This document shows, piece by piece, positions 12,358-21,556 of a stretch of 64,000 nt of DNA. Position 1 is the stretch's first letter; every line of letters begins with the position of its first letter. Source of the stretch: Candidatus Moanibacter sp. (lineage in GTDB: Bacteria > Verrucomicrobiota > Verrucomicrobiia > Opitutales > UBA2987); NCBI GenBank assembly GCA_965215885.1, contig CBDCEW010000082.1, positions 1 through 64,000 of the forward strand, written 5' to 3'. The notes beneath the pieces are model-generated. The model was given only the letters and a program-made list of their open reading frames with translations. It was not told where the DNA came from and searched no databases. The position numbers and the translations under genes are program-made.

Positions 12358-14175
12358 TTGCGGGCAGAGGCTGAACGGGCCCTGCAAACGGTGGGGGCTG
12401 TGCCTGCGCAAACGAGTTATCGCTTCGATGCCCGGGAGGACGAAGAGGGTCCTTCAGAGGTGCGCAAGACCCTGCGCCGCAAGGTGGTCAGTTTCTCCTA
12501 TGGATGCTTCCAGGCGGTGGAAGTTGTGCGCGAGCAGGGGCAAGGGAGCCACCGCAACAGCTACCGTTCTGCTCGCCTGGAACAGATCGTGCCCTCGCAT
12601 AGTCGCTACGCTTACGATCTGATTGCCTATGTGGGCAAGCGATGTTTGTGCGAAAGCGCCACCCTCAAAGAGGTGCACAGGGAACTGCGCGAGGGCCCGG
12701 GGCAGCTGCAGATTGCTCAAAGCAGCCTCTATGAGATGCAGCAGAAGTTTCTTTTTTATCTGGGTCGGCTGCACGCCGCGGCCGCTCCGGTGCTTAAAGA
12801 TTACCTGAGCGCTCGCCCTTGCCTGCGCTGGCTGGTGGATGGGACCGTGGAACCGCAGACGCCGGTTTTCTTCGCTGTTCAGGAAGCCGACGAAGGGATC
12901 CTTTTGGGCAGCTGGAAAATGCCTTCCGAACAGAGCGAAACGATCAGTGGCTGTTTTGCCCGGGCGGCCCGGGCTTTTGGCCAACCCCACCATGTCTATC
13001 ATGATTTAAGCGCTCAGATCAGCAAGGCCTGCGAGAGCGAAACCTTCCAGGCCCCCCATGGCGTCTGCCATTATCATTTCGCCCGCAATGTGGGCGAACA
13101 GCTTTATCGAAAACCCCAGCAGATGCTCAACGGGCGCTTGCGGCAATTGAAGCTCATGGAGCGCATGCGCGAGCAACGCAAACACATCACCGCAAAGCTC
13201 CGTGACGCCCTCCGTGAAAAACACGCCCTCGTCCTGGCCGATTTGCTCACCGCCAAAGCGCTCGCAGTGCCCTTCGATCCCACCCTTGCACGGGAACTGC
13301 TCATGGCCCTGCAATTGTGGATTTTGGATTATCCCTGCGACGGTCACCGCCAGGGCTTTCCCTTCGATCCTTACCTGCTTTATTGGCATCGGCGGGTCGT
13401 GCGCGCCCATGCCGCCCTGGAGCAGTGGCTTGCCCGCGCTCCTGCCAGTTGCTCTGTTCTGCGAAGCTTCTTTCATCTTTCGACCGGGTTGAAGCAGTAT
13501 CTGGCTGATGCCCTCGTCATCGAAGCCGCTACTATCTATGAAAACGCTTTTTGCATTTTCAGCGCTTTGCGCGATGCCCTTTGGCTCAGCGCCAGCGGCC
13601 CCTGCCCTTTAAGCGACCCTTATCTGTTGCAAGCAGGACAAGCCGCTGAGCTCACCGAGGCTCTCCAGTTGCTGCGTGCCCAATATCGCCAAAAAGGCGC
13701 CTCCCTGACCAACCCCTCGAAAGCCAAACTCTACCGCACCGTGGTCACTCATCTGGACAAATACTGGCAGCGGCTGCTTCCCCCACCGGCCCATCCAGAC
13801 AGCGTACGCACGACCAATGAGCTGGAAGGCACCTGGCGCACCTCCAAGCGCAAACGCCGTCAAACCCACGGGCGCAAAAATCTGACGCGCGACTTTGAAG
13901 CGCTCCCCGAAGAATACATGCTCCTGGCCAACTTACACAATCCCCGCTATGTGGAGCTGGTTTTAGGCAGTATCGATAATCTGCCCCAAAAGCTTGCCCA
14001 GGCTGCACAGAAAGCACCCCCCTTCAGTCACTGGCGGGCGAACAGAAAAACCCTCGCCGTGGGTCGATTGCCCAAAAAGCTCCTGCGAAAAGAAAACTTC
14101 CTTGAGGAACTCTTCGAAGTCTGTAATCGCCAGGATCAATCCTTAAACCCGCAACCCCATCGGATTGCCTCCTGA
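12358..14175 (+). CDS. IS OrfB, DDE transposase catalytic part (probably fused to OrfA by -1 frameshift)
   Basis: WLVDGT, VYHDL, CHYHF (CxxH), RTTNELEG motifs; this frame is open from 12289, spanning the A9 run. Confidence 0.8.
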   Translation: MRAEAERALQTVGAVPAQTSYRFDAREDEEGPSEVRKTLRRKVVSFSYGCFQAVEVVREQGQGSHRNSYRSARLEQIVPSHSRYAYDLIAYVGKRCLCESATLKEVHRELREGPGQLQIAQSSLYEMQQKFLFYLGRLHAAAAPVLKDYLSARPCLRWLVDGTVEPQTPVFFAVQEADEGILLGSWKMPSEQSETISGCFARAARAFGQPHHVYHDLSAQISKACESETFQAPHGVCHYHFARNVGEQLYRKPQQMLNGRLRQLKLMERMREQRKHITAKLRDALREKHALVLADLLTAKALAVPFDPTLARELLMALQLWILDYPCDGHRQGFPFDPYLLYWHRRVVRAHAALEQWLARAPASCSVLRSFFHLSTGLKQYLADALVIEAATIYENAFCIFSALRDALWLSASGPCPLSDPYLLQAGQAAELTEALQLLRAQYRQKGASLTNPSKAKLYRTVVTHLDKYWQRLLPPPAHPDSVRTTNELEGTWRTSKRKRRQTHGRKNLTRDFEALPEEYMLLANLHNPRYVELVLGSIDNLPQKLAQAAQKAPPFSHWRANRKTLAVGRLPKKLLRKENFLEELFEVCNRQDQSLNPQPHRIAS

Positions 14176-14238
14176 CAACGACTCCAGTGCCCTCCCTCTG
14201 CTCCCCATTTTCTTCATGCTCTAACCAGAGAACTCCAC

Positions 14239-14253
14239 GCAATTTGCGTGCCA
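14239..14253 (-). promoter_or_regulatory. sigma54 -24/-12 consensus match inside IS right end
   Basis: Minus strand TGGCACG-CAAA-TTGC: exact GG-N10-GC spacing. Confidence 0.4.
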
Positions 14254-14408
14254 ACCGAAATTCAGAACGATGGGCACAAGACCGGGGCAGCCTCAGAAAC
14301 GCTAAACACTCAGCTTCCCAAATATTCCCTTGCCGTCCCGTTCCTGATCCGGAAATCTTGTGGGAATTAAGGACTGGGAGCCTGACGGAAGGTTCCTGGA
14401 GAAATACG

Positions 14409-15491
14409 ATGCCGAAGCTGTTTGGAACGAACTACACGAAACGAGAACTGCTCGACCGTGTCGGCGATATCACACAAGTGGCCGGAACCCGCTATGCCCA
14501 GCTCGTGGAGGGCAACGAACGTGGCGCGGACCTGATCGAGGTTTTTAACGCGTCCGGCCTTAGCTTTTCAGTATTGCCCGGCCGTTCCCTGGACATTGCC
14601 TCGGCTACCTACAAGGGGATGTCCCTCTGCTTCCGCGGCAGCACCGGCGATGTCGGACCCGCCTTCTACGAACCCCAAGGCTATGGCTGGATGCGGGGGT
14701 TTTTCGGCGGGCTCCTCACGAGCTGCGGCCTAACCTTTGTCGGCCATCCGGAGACCGATCCCGAAGAAGAGAATGAGGAATTGGGTCTCCATGGCCGCCT
14801 TTCCTTTATCCCCGCGAAAAATGTAATAGCCGATGGCGGCTGGGAGGACGAGGACTACATCGTGCGTGTTCAAGGCAAGATGCGCGAAGCAGTGGTTTTC
14901 GGCACGAACTTGGAAATGTCCCGTGAGATTTCCACCACCCTGGGCGAGAAATCCCTGCGCATCCACGACCGGGTGGAAAACTTAAGCGTCGACGCCTCTC
15001 CCCTCATGGTTGTCTACCACACCAACCCGGGGTTTCCTATTCTTGACGAAGGTACCCGCCTCGTGCTCCAGAGCAAAGAATCCACGGAATGGACCGAAGA
15101 CCGGAAAGTGGGTCCTGAAGAATATACCGTGGCCCTGGCGCCACAGAAAGAGGCCCATGACGATGTTTACGTCCACCGCCCCGTTGCTGATGCGCAGGGC
15201 GATGTGCACGTGGGGTTGATCAATGACAACCTACAACTGGGACTCCACTGGAAGTTCCCCATTGAGGAGATCCCAATTCTTAATCAATGGCAGCACTTCC
15301 ACCGGGGCACCTACGTGACCGGCATCGAGCCGGGCAACTGCAGCGTTTTAGGCCGCGCCTGGAATCGCAAACACGGGACCCTCCAGCAAATCCAGCCGGG
15401 CGAGGTGCGCGACTTTCACCTTGAAATTGGAGTTCTGGAAGGCGAAAAGGAAATTCAGGAGTTTGAGCGCAGAGCCCTCGCTTCTTCGTGA
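14409..15491 (+). CDS. Aldose 1-epimerase-like / DUF4432 family protein
   Basis: LPGRSLDIA, GGLLTSCGL, GLHGR, YHTNPGFP, YVTGIEPGN motifs; start MPKLFG at 14409. Confidence 0.8.
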   Translation: MPKLFGTNYTKRELLDRVGDITQVAGTRYAQLVEGNERGADLIEVFNASGLSFSVLPGRSLDIASATYKGMSLCFRGSTGDVGPAFYEPQGYGWMRGFFGGLLTSCGLTFVGHPETDPEEENEELGLHGRLSFIPAKNVIADGGWEDEDYIVRVQGKMREAVVFGTNLEMSREISTTLGEKSLRIHDRVENLSVDASPLMVVYHTNPGFPILDEGTRLVLQSKESTEWTEDRKVGPEEYTVALAPQKEAHDDVYVHRPVADAQGDVHVGLINDNLQLGLHWKFPIEEIPILNQWQHFHRGTYVTGIEPGNCSVLGRAWNRKHGTLQQIQPGEVRDFHLEIGVLEGEKEIQEFERRALASS

Positions 15492-15614
15492 GATTTCACT
15501 TCCTCTTAAGATGGGTAGCCGCGTTCGCAAGACCGTGCGAGTTTTCACCGAATTCGATTCGCGACTTCGCTTAGGTTTGCGATTGGAAGGGAAAGGAGTT
15601 GCCTGGAGATTCCA

Positions 15615-15648
15615 TTCGGCCGCGAGCGGCTTTCCTACGCCTGGCGGT
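15615..15648 (-). repeat. GTAG-type REP-like repeat (GTAGGAA[A/G]GCCGCT..CGGCCGAA family)
   Basis: Near-identical reverse complement of 28902-28935; degenerate copy at 37362-37423. Confidence 0.7.
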
Positions 15649-15824
15649 GGTCGGGACAGCCAATCTACTTCGAGTCTCCAGACCTCACTATATTGCCCCT
15701 CTAAAGGCACTATGCAATCGCAAGTTTAAATCCCGATTTTTTGCCCAGCGGAAGGTAATTGTTCGGCCTGAACCGTCGCGAGCGATGATGTTGGCTAGAG
15801 TCCTTGCCACAGACCGATACTCAG

Positions 15825-17110
15825 TTAGCGAGCTTTAAAGGGTTCGAGCTGCTTGTAGAAGCTGTTACGGGCGAAGATTTTCAAGGCATCCATGAGGGAC
15901 TTGTTAGCGGTGTCCAGGCGGACATAGTTTTCATCAATGAGGCGCTGCAGCCTCGAGCATTCGGTGTCGATTTGCTCCAGTTCGAGTTGGAGGGCTTTGA
16001 GGGCCTGATCGAGTCGACGGATCTTTTCGCCCCTTGAGGCGCTTTTGCCCGGGTGGGCATGCTCGGCCAGGAGCAGTCTTTTCAATTCTTCGGTGCATTG
16101 CTGTTTTTGCTTCAGGAGGGCTTTGGCGGCACCGCTTTTCTCCTGCTTGTCCTCAAGGTGTTGGGCTAATCGCTTGTAACTGTCAGATTATCCATCACTT
16201 CTTTTGCTCCTATGGTCCCTTGAGGATTTTTCTTCCAGGGGCCCCGCTAGCGAAGATGATACTCCTGGAGATCTTCGGCATGGTTGCGCGCGCGCTGCAG
16301 GCGCAACTGCCCGTCGATCCGCTGGGCGCTGGCCTTGTAACCTTTTTCCCAGGTAATGATTTCGAATTGCTCCACGATGGCTTCGTAAAACCACTCGGCG
16401 ATCGCCCGGCAATACTAGGTATTTTATCAGTGGGCCTTTCGCAGCGTTCAGCCCTGCATCGGAGCACCTTGCTCCCGCGAACACTCTGAGGAAGTCACAG
16501 GAAAGGTTTGGCGTTGCAGATAGGGGGTATACAGGAGCCCGATGAGTTTTTGCGTCTTCGAGATCGAGCAGTTTGCTCTGCTCGATATTGACCGCGGTTT
16601 CAAAAGCCAGCCCTCTTCGCGATCAATCTGAGCGACTTCTCTGGAACAGAAGTACTCCCAGATACCGCACCGCTTCGGAGCTCTCCCTCGAAAAATCGGG
16701 AGACCCCTTGCGACCTTTGCTACTGAGGGGCGGCGATCTTCGGCCTCGGGTTTCTTAAAGACAGGGCGCAAATCCCCACTGAGGGAATCTCCCCCCGTAT
16801 CTTCTTGCTGTAGGACTCTCCCCATAGAAAGGAGATTTCCCTTCAATTTGCGATGAGCGCTGCGTCCCGCCAGCACTCGCGCTAAGGTCTCGGCATCTCC
16901 GCTTTGAAGCGCCTCCCCCCACCGCTTCATCGTTTTGCGGTCAACCTCAAATTGCTTCTCTAAGCGTCCCTTTCTTCGGCCCCTCCAATAGCTTGAATTC
17001 AACTTGCTCCCGATCGGACTTCAAAAAGCTCATGCCCGTAATAGACTAGTTTGCCTTCCCTCAGATCCCGATAGACCGGCGAGGGATTACCCTTGTCCAC
17101 TGGATGCACT
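15825..17110 (-). pseudogene. Fragmented transposase remnant interleaved with copies of downstream sequence
   Basis: N-terminal pieces (VYYGHELF; FEVDRKTMKRWGEALQSGDAETLARVLAGR, HTH-like) and a C-terminal piece (SRLQRLIDENYVRLDTANKSLMDALKIFARNSFY) broken by many indels. Confidence 0.55.
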
Positions 17111-17189
17111 GTAAGAAGGTCTCTTCTTTGACGGTAGGAATCTAGCTCTTAAAAGCCGTATCTGCGATTCTGCCCGCCAACCCGCCGTT

Positions 17190-17216
17190 GAGGGTAGGAA
17201 GCTCGCTCGCGAGCGA
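17190..17216 (+). repeat. GTAG-type REP-like repeat GAGGGTAGGAAGCTCGCTCGCGAGCGA
   Basis: Exact 27-bp reverse complement of 28957-28983. Confidence 0.8.
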
Positions 17217-17405
17217 TGATGTTGGCTAGAGTCCTTGCCACAGACCGATACTCAGTTAGCCGCATCTGAATATCGGCTACGATTAGGATTGGCCGAATGT
17301 CCATCAGCGGCTCATATTCGCAACTGTCAGATTATCCATCACTTCTTTTGTCCTATGGTCCCTTGGTCCTAGTGAACACCGAACTCTCAACTCTTTAATT
17401 TCTCA

Positions 17406-18269
17406 ATGCACTCCCACTTCGTCGCAATAATAGGTATTTCCTGCATCGTGGGCCTTTACAGCGTTCAGGCTGCATCGGAGCCCGCGAACACGGAAGTCAC
17501 AGGAAAGGTTCTCAGCGTATCATCTGGCAAAGCGATACTACACCTGACTGAGGGGCGGCATCCGGCCTCGGGTTTCAAAGAAGAATCGGAATTCGTCCTT
17601 GGAAAAGGAGATTCTCTGATCGTCAGTCCCGGAGATACCGTCCGCGGCCAGGCGGTCCCCTTCGGGGGTGGCTATCGGCTGGAGCGAATCTGGCCGGCGG
17701 ATCCCGTTGCGGAGAGCATTATGGCAGGTGTGAATCGCCAGCTCCGCCGTGATACCGTTTCACGGGGGCTGAACCCAACTCTGAAAGTGGGAGAAACACT
17801 CCCAGATTTCGCCCTCTACGACCAGAATGGGAAGGTATTTCAATCCCGTTTTTTGCGTGGAAATCGAGTGTTGATGAATTTCATATTTACCCGTTGCGCC
17901 ATGCCGATGATGTGCCCGGCGGCAACTCAGCGCATGGTACAGCTCCAGAGCGAAGCGAAGGAGGCGGGGATCAAAAACCTGAAACTGGTCTCAATATCAT
18001 TCGATCCCGAATTCGACTCTCCTGGAATTCTCAGAGAATATGCGCAGAATTACGAAATTGATTCCGCCGACTATATTCTCTTAACGGGTCAGAAACGCGC
18101 CATAAGAGATATCTTGAAGCAGTTTGGCATTTTCGCTACTGAGGAGGGCGGCACAATCATTCACAACATGGCCACTGTATTAATAAACGAGAACGGAAAA
18201 ATCGTCTTTCGTAGAAATGGTTCCATGTGGACGGCGAGCGACTTTCTTGACCGGCTGAAGTCTGATTAG
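17406..18269 (+). CDS. SCO/SenC-family copper chaperone with extra N-terminal beta domain
   Basis: Signal peptide; LPDFALYDQNG, NFIFTRCAMPMMCP, SISFDPEFDSP, IIHNM motifs. Confidence 0.88.
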   Translation: MHSHFVAIIGISCIVGLYSVQAASEPANTEVTGKVLSVSSGKAILHLTEGRHPASGFKEESEFVLGKGDSLIVSPGDTVRGQAVPFGGGYRLERIWPADPVAESIMAGVNRQLRRDTVSRGLNPTLKVGETLPDFALYDQNGKVFQSRFLRGNRVLMNFIFTRCAMPMMCPAATQRMVQLQSEAKEAGIKNLKLVSISFDPEFDSPGILREYAQNYEIDSADYILLTGQKRAIRDILKQFGIFATEEGGTIIHNMATVLINENGKIVFRRNGSMWTASDFLDRLKSD

Positions 18270-18296
18270 CAGATCGCAAGTAATTCCAGATTGCTC

Positions 18297-19205
18297 ATGA
18301 AAATACGGATCTTGCATCAGCCATGGCTCCAGATCGGCCTTGTCACACTACCTTTCCTGCTCGCTTATCCCTTGCTGCGATCTCTACCGGACACCGAGTG
18401 CGCCTTTCTGCACTATGATACTATCGGTGACAACCCCGCGGGGACTGAATTCTGCGGTGCCAGTGAATCAACCTTTATCGATCTCGAGCGGATATCGTTT
18501 CCGGTGACAGTCGAGCTCTTTCCGTTCACAAAGCTGAATGTCGGCGAGAATGCGAAGTTCTCGATCATGTTTAGAACGTCTCGTGGCAAACCGATCTACC
18601 CATGGGAACTTGGAATCGTTCATACCAAAAAGATCCATTTGCTCATCATCGATCCGAGTCTGGATGATTATCATCACATTCATCCAAAACCGTTAGGCAA
18701 AGGCGGGAAATTTGGTTTTGAACTCACTCCCGAAAAGACCGGAACCTACAAGATCTTCGCGGAACTCGTTCCTCTCGCGAGTCAATCGCTAGTGATCGGT
18801 GAGGCGGAATTTGAAGTCTCCGGAGCCCCAGGGAAAGCGCTCCTGCCCAGGGGATACTCGGCTGAGGTCGGCGACTACCGATTCGAGTTAGATTTTCCCG
18901 GTGGCTCGCCGCCAATCCTGAAGCAACCCAGCAGCGTATCTCTCAGAATCACCCGAGGCGATGAAACAGGACCGATAGCGCTTGAGGAACTCATGGGCGC
19001 TTATGCCCATTTGGTGGCATTTGATCAGCACCGTAGAGGGTTCGCCCATATGCATCCACTCGACGCGGGTTCAGGTTTCGGAACTCCGGAAACTAGCTTC
19101 AATTTTTCCCTCAACACCGATCTCGCTGGCTATTATCGCTTATGGGCGCAAGTAAAGATCGAGGGTAGAGAGCTCTTTGCCCCATTTGATCTGGTCGTGC
19201 GCTAG
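18297..19205 (+). CDS. Membrane-anchored His-rich putative metal-binding protein
   Basis: N-terminal TM; two repeated domains with HTKKIHL..DYHHIHP and MGAYAHL..FAHMHP; directly downstream of sco on the same strand. Confidence 0.65.
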   Translation: MKIRILHQPWLQIGLVTLPFLLAYPLLRSLPDTECAFLHYDTIGDNPAGTEFCGASESTFIDLERISFPVTVELFPFTKLNVGENAKFSIMFRTSRGKPIYPWELGIVHTKKIHLLIIDPSLDDYHHIHPKPLGKGGKFGFELTPEKTGTYKIFAELVPLASQSLVIGEAEFEVSGAPGKALLPRGYSAEVGDYRFELDFPGGSPPILKQPSSVSLRITRGDETGPIALEELMGAYAHLVAFDQHRRGFAHMHPLDAGSGFGTPETSFNFSLNTDLAGYYRLWAQVKIEGRELFAPFDLVVR

Positions 19206-19301
19206 GAAGATGCCGGTGGTGGAATCGGCCGTGATCCACGAATGCACCCAGAATGCAGAAGCGCTCCGCAAGATCGCAAAGCGAAGTCCGACAGATTCAT
19301 A

Positions 19302-19439
19302 GCCGAACGTCTTCCCATCCCAACCCCACATCTTCCGATCGATATCCTCGAAGTTGATGTATACGCGGTTGGGTGCCACCGCCAACTTCTCCTCGATAAA
19401 TTTTCACAGTTCCGAAGAGAGACGGCCGGGCGTGATTCT
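19302..19439 (-). pseudogene. C-terminal remnant of MIF/phenylpyruvate-tautomerase family gene
   Basis: RLSSEL*KFIEEKLAVAPNRVYINFEDIDRKMWGWDGKTFG resembles the MIF C-terminus; in-frame TGA at 19404-19406; no N-terminal half found. Confidence 0.6.
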
Positions 19440-19851
19440 CTCCCAGAGGGAGGATCGGTCCTCGCAAACTACATCGTCCAATTCCTGGCGAAACGGGCTG
19501 AGATGAGCTTACACTCTGTAGAGGAACGCGGGAGCGTTTCTACGAATTGGCAAAGCAAAATCGACAACGTTCGGGATGAATATCCAAGATGGCCTCCCGC
19601 GTACAGCAATGCAGGAGCTTATTCTGTAGGACTCGATGTCGCTCAAGCATCTTCTTCCTGTCTTTGACGGGATTAGCATTCCAAAGGAAGAAAACAGATG
19701 CGCTATCACTCTTACAATAAACGCGGTTTCCGATCCTTACTCTAATGTTGTAAAGACGGATTGAATAGAACCGTTGCCGTAGAAAAATCCAAAGACGAGC
19801 CCGGCGGAGCTTTAGAAGGGACAAATCTGCGGCCAGTAACAGTTATGTAAG

Positions 19852-21555
19852 ATGTACAGCCTATTAAAGCGGTTTGAATACCCCGGTTTCTTGAGGAAGT
19901 TCTCTGAAGTCCAGTGGCTTCCCTGGGTGTCTCGGGGCGGACGTTCAAGCGCTGACGAACCCCCATGGGAAAAGCCCTACCGTGGCGAACTAAAAGGCAT
20001 AACTGTTTTCGCGGATTTTACCCTCGGCCTTTTCGAGAGAGATTTACGCGCGGAGTTTTCCCGGTTGTTAAACCTGGAAACGGGCCACTCTGTATTATTT
20101 GTCGAATTCCTGAAAGAGGGAGGCGATTACGAACTCGCCGAGAATGAGAGGACGCTACGGCCACTGAATGGTCGTCAGCCTATGGATGATTACCTGAAGA
20201 ACGCCACCGAATATTCTTCTCAATTGCTCAAGGTCAATTTGGGCAATCACGTGGGGGCTTCTCCCGTCGTTCTACCCCTCTTACGGCAATTGCGCGAATC
20301 ATTCGATCGGATCGTAGTATACCTGGAGGCGGATACGGAACGGCGAACGTTAATGGAGTGTGTCCATCGCTCGGAGCGAACCTACATCCTCCTCAGTCAG
20401 GAAACTCGGGAGCTTTACAATGCCGGGGTGGCGATCCGCGATATTCGGGAGAAAATCGCGGTGGAAGCCGACCATATTAGAACGCTCCTCATTCTGAAAA
20501 AAGGGGAAGCACTGACAGACCTGAAAAGAGTCTCCGAGGAGTCCGGATTGCCGGTTCACCATATCATTCGAACATGCCGGGAAGACATCCCCATCCCGGA
20601 CGGTCCCGACCATGAACACGAAATGGAGAAGCGCTATCACGGGCAGTTTCGCCGTCTCGCGCGTGAAATCGGTGGATGCCGAATCGGATTGGCGCTCTCC
20701 TCCGGCTGTGCCAAGGGATTCGCGCACATCGGCGTGATCCAAGTGCTGGAGGAATATGGAATCGAAGTCGACGTGGTGGTCGGTTCGAGCATGGGCGCTT
20801 ATATCGGAGCCTGCTGGGCCAGCGGTTACAACGGCCGGCAACTGGAGGAACTTGCTCGAGAACTGGAATCGCCCTGGATGCTGGTGCAGCTCCTCGATCC
20901 GGAATACCCGCCTCGAAGAGGCCTGATCAAAGGAAAGAAGATCGAACGAAGATTGGGGCGGACTCTCGGCGAGATCTCTTTTGCCGACCTCTCCATTCCC
21001 CTGCATGTCGTTGGGACAAGGCTGTCGACGCTCGAACGAACCACATTTTCCGAAGGTAACGTCGTCACCGCCGTTCATGCCAGCTGTGCAATGCCCGGTA
21101 TCTGCGTTCCGGTAGATCGAGGTGGCGAAGCTTATATCGACGGCGGAATCACCGATCCTCTCCCCGTGAGCGTGCTCGCTGAGATGGGCATCGAACGCAT
21201 TATCGCGGTCAGCACCGTGCTCTCTCCAGAACTCGCCCGTGAATGCGCTCTCCCGGATGACTTTGAGGGAGCTAACGATGGTGACAGACTCGGCCTGGCC
21301 GGCTCGTTAAACCGCCACCTCAACTACTTTGCCCGAGGTAACGTGCTGGACATCGTGATGCACAGTATTGAAGGCAGTCAGATACGGATTGTGGAGCGCG
21401 ACCTGGAGCGGGCTGATGTTACTCTGCAGCCGATTACCTGTTCCTCCCAATGGCACGAATTTAATAAACCTGGAAAGTATATCTCCATGGGCCGACAAAC
21501 GGCCATGGTGCAGTTGGATGCAATCAGTGCCATGGTGACTACGAAAACCGCATGA
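19852..21555 (+). CDS. Patatin-like phospholipase/esterase with ~270-aa N-terminal domain
   Basis: ALSSGCAKGFAHIGV, GSSMG nucleophile elbow, ASCAMPG, YIDGG motifs. Confidence 0.88.
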   Translation: MYSLLKRFEYPGFLRKFSEVQWLPWVSRGGRSSADEPPWEKPYRGELKGITVFADFTLGLFERDLRAEFSRLLNLETGHSVLFVEFLKEGGDYELAENERTLRPLNGRQPMDDYLKNATEYSSQLLKVNLGNHVGASPVVLPLLRQLRESFDRIVVYLEADTERRTLMECVHRSERTYILLSQETRELYNAGVAIRDIREKIAVEADHIRTLLILKKGEALTDLKRVSEESGLPVHHIIRTCREDIPIPDGPDHEHEMEKRYHGQFRRLAREIGGCRIGLALSSGCAKGFAHIGVIQVLEEYGIEVDVVVGSSMGAYIGACWASGYNGRQLEELARELESPWMLVQLLDPEYPPRRGLIKGKKIERRLGRTLGEISFADLSIPLHVVGTRLSTLERTTFSEGNVVTAVHASCAMPGICVPVDRGGEAYIDGGITDPLPVSVLAEMGIERIIAVSTVLSPELARECALPDDFEGANDGDRLGLAGSLNRHLNYFARGNVLDIVMHSIEGSQIRIVERDLERADVTLQPITCSSQWHEFNKPGKYISMGRQTAMVQLDAISAMVTTKTA

Positions 21556-21556
21556 G

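Larger units (their letters stand above)
11318..14273 (+). mobile_element. Insertion sequence, 2,956 bp, two-ORF, Mutator/IS256-superfamily-like DDE
   Basis: 23-bp imperfect TIRs (CCATAATTACGAAATTGGGTTGG / rc CCATCGTTCTGAATTTCGGTTGG, 17/23 identical); 9-bp direct repeat GCACAAGAC at 11309-11317 and 14274-14282. Confidence 0.88.

Noticed and set aside
19404..19406. Selenocysteine readthrough of the in-frame TGA in the MIF-like fragment
   Set aside because: The N-terminal half with catalytic Pro is absent, an in-frame TAA lies upstream and the normal stop is lost; decay is simpler.
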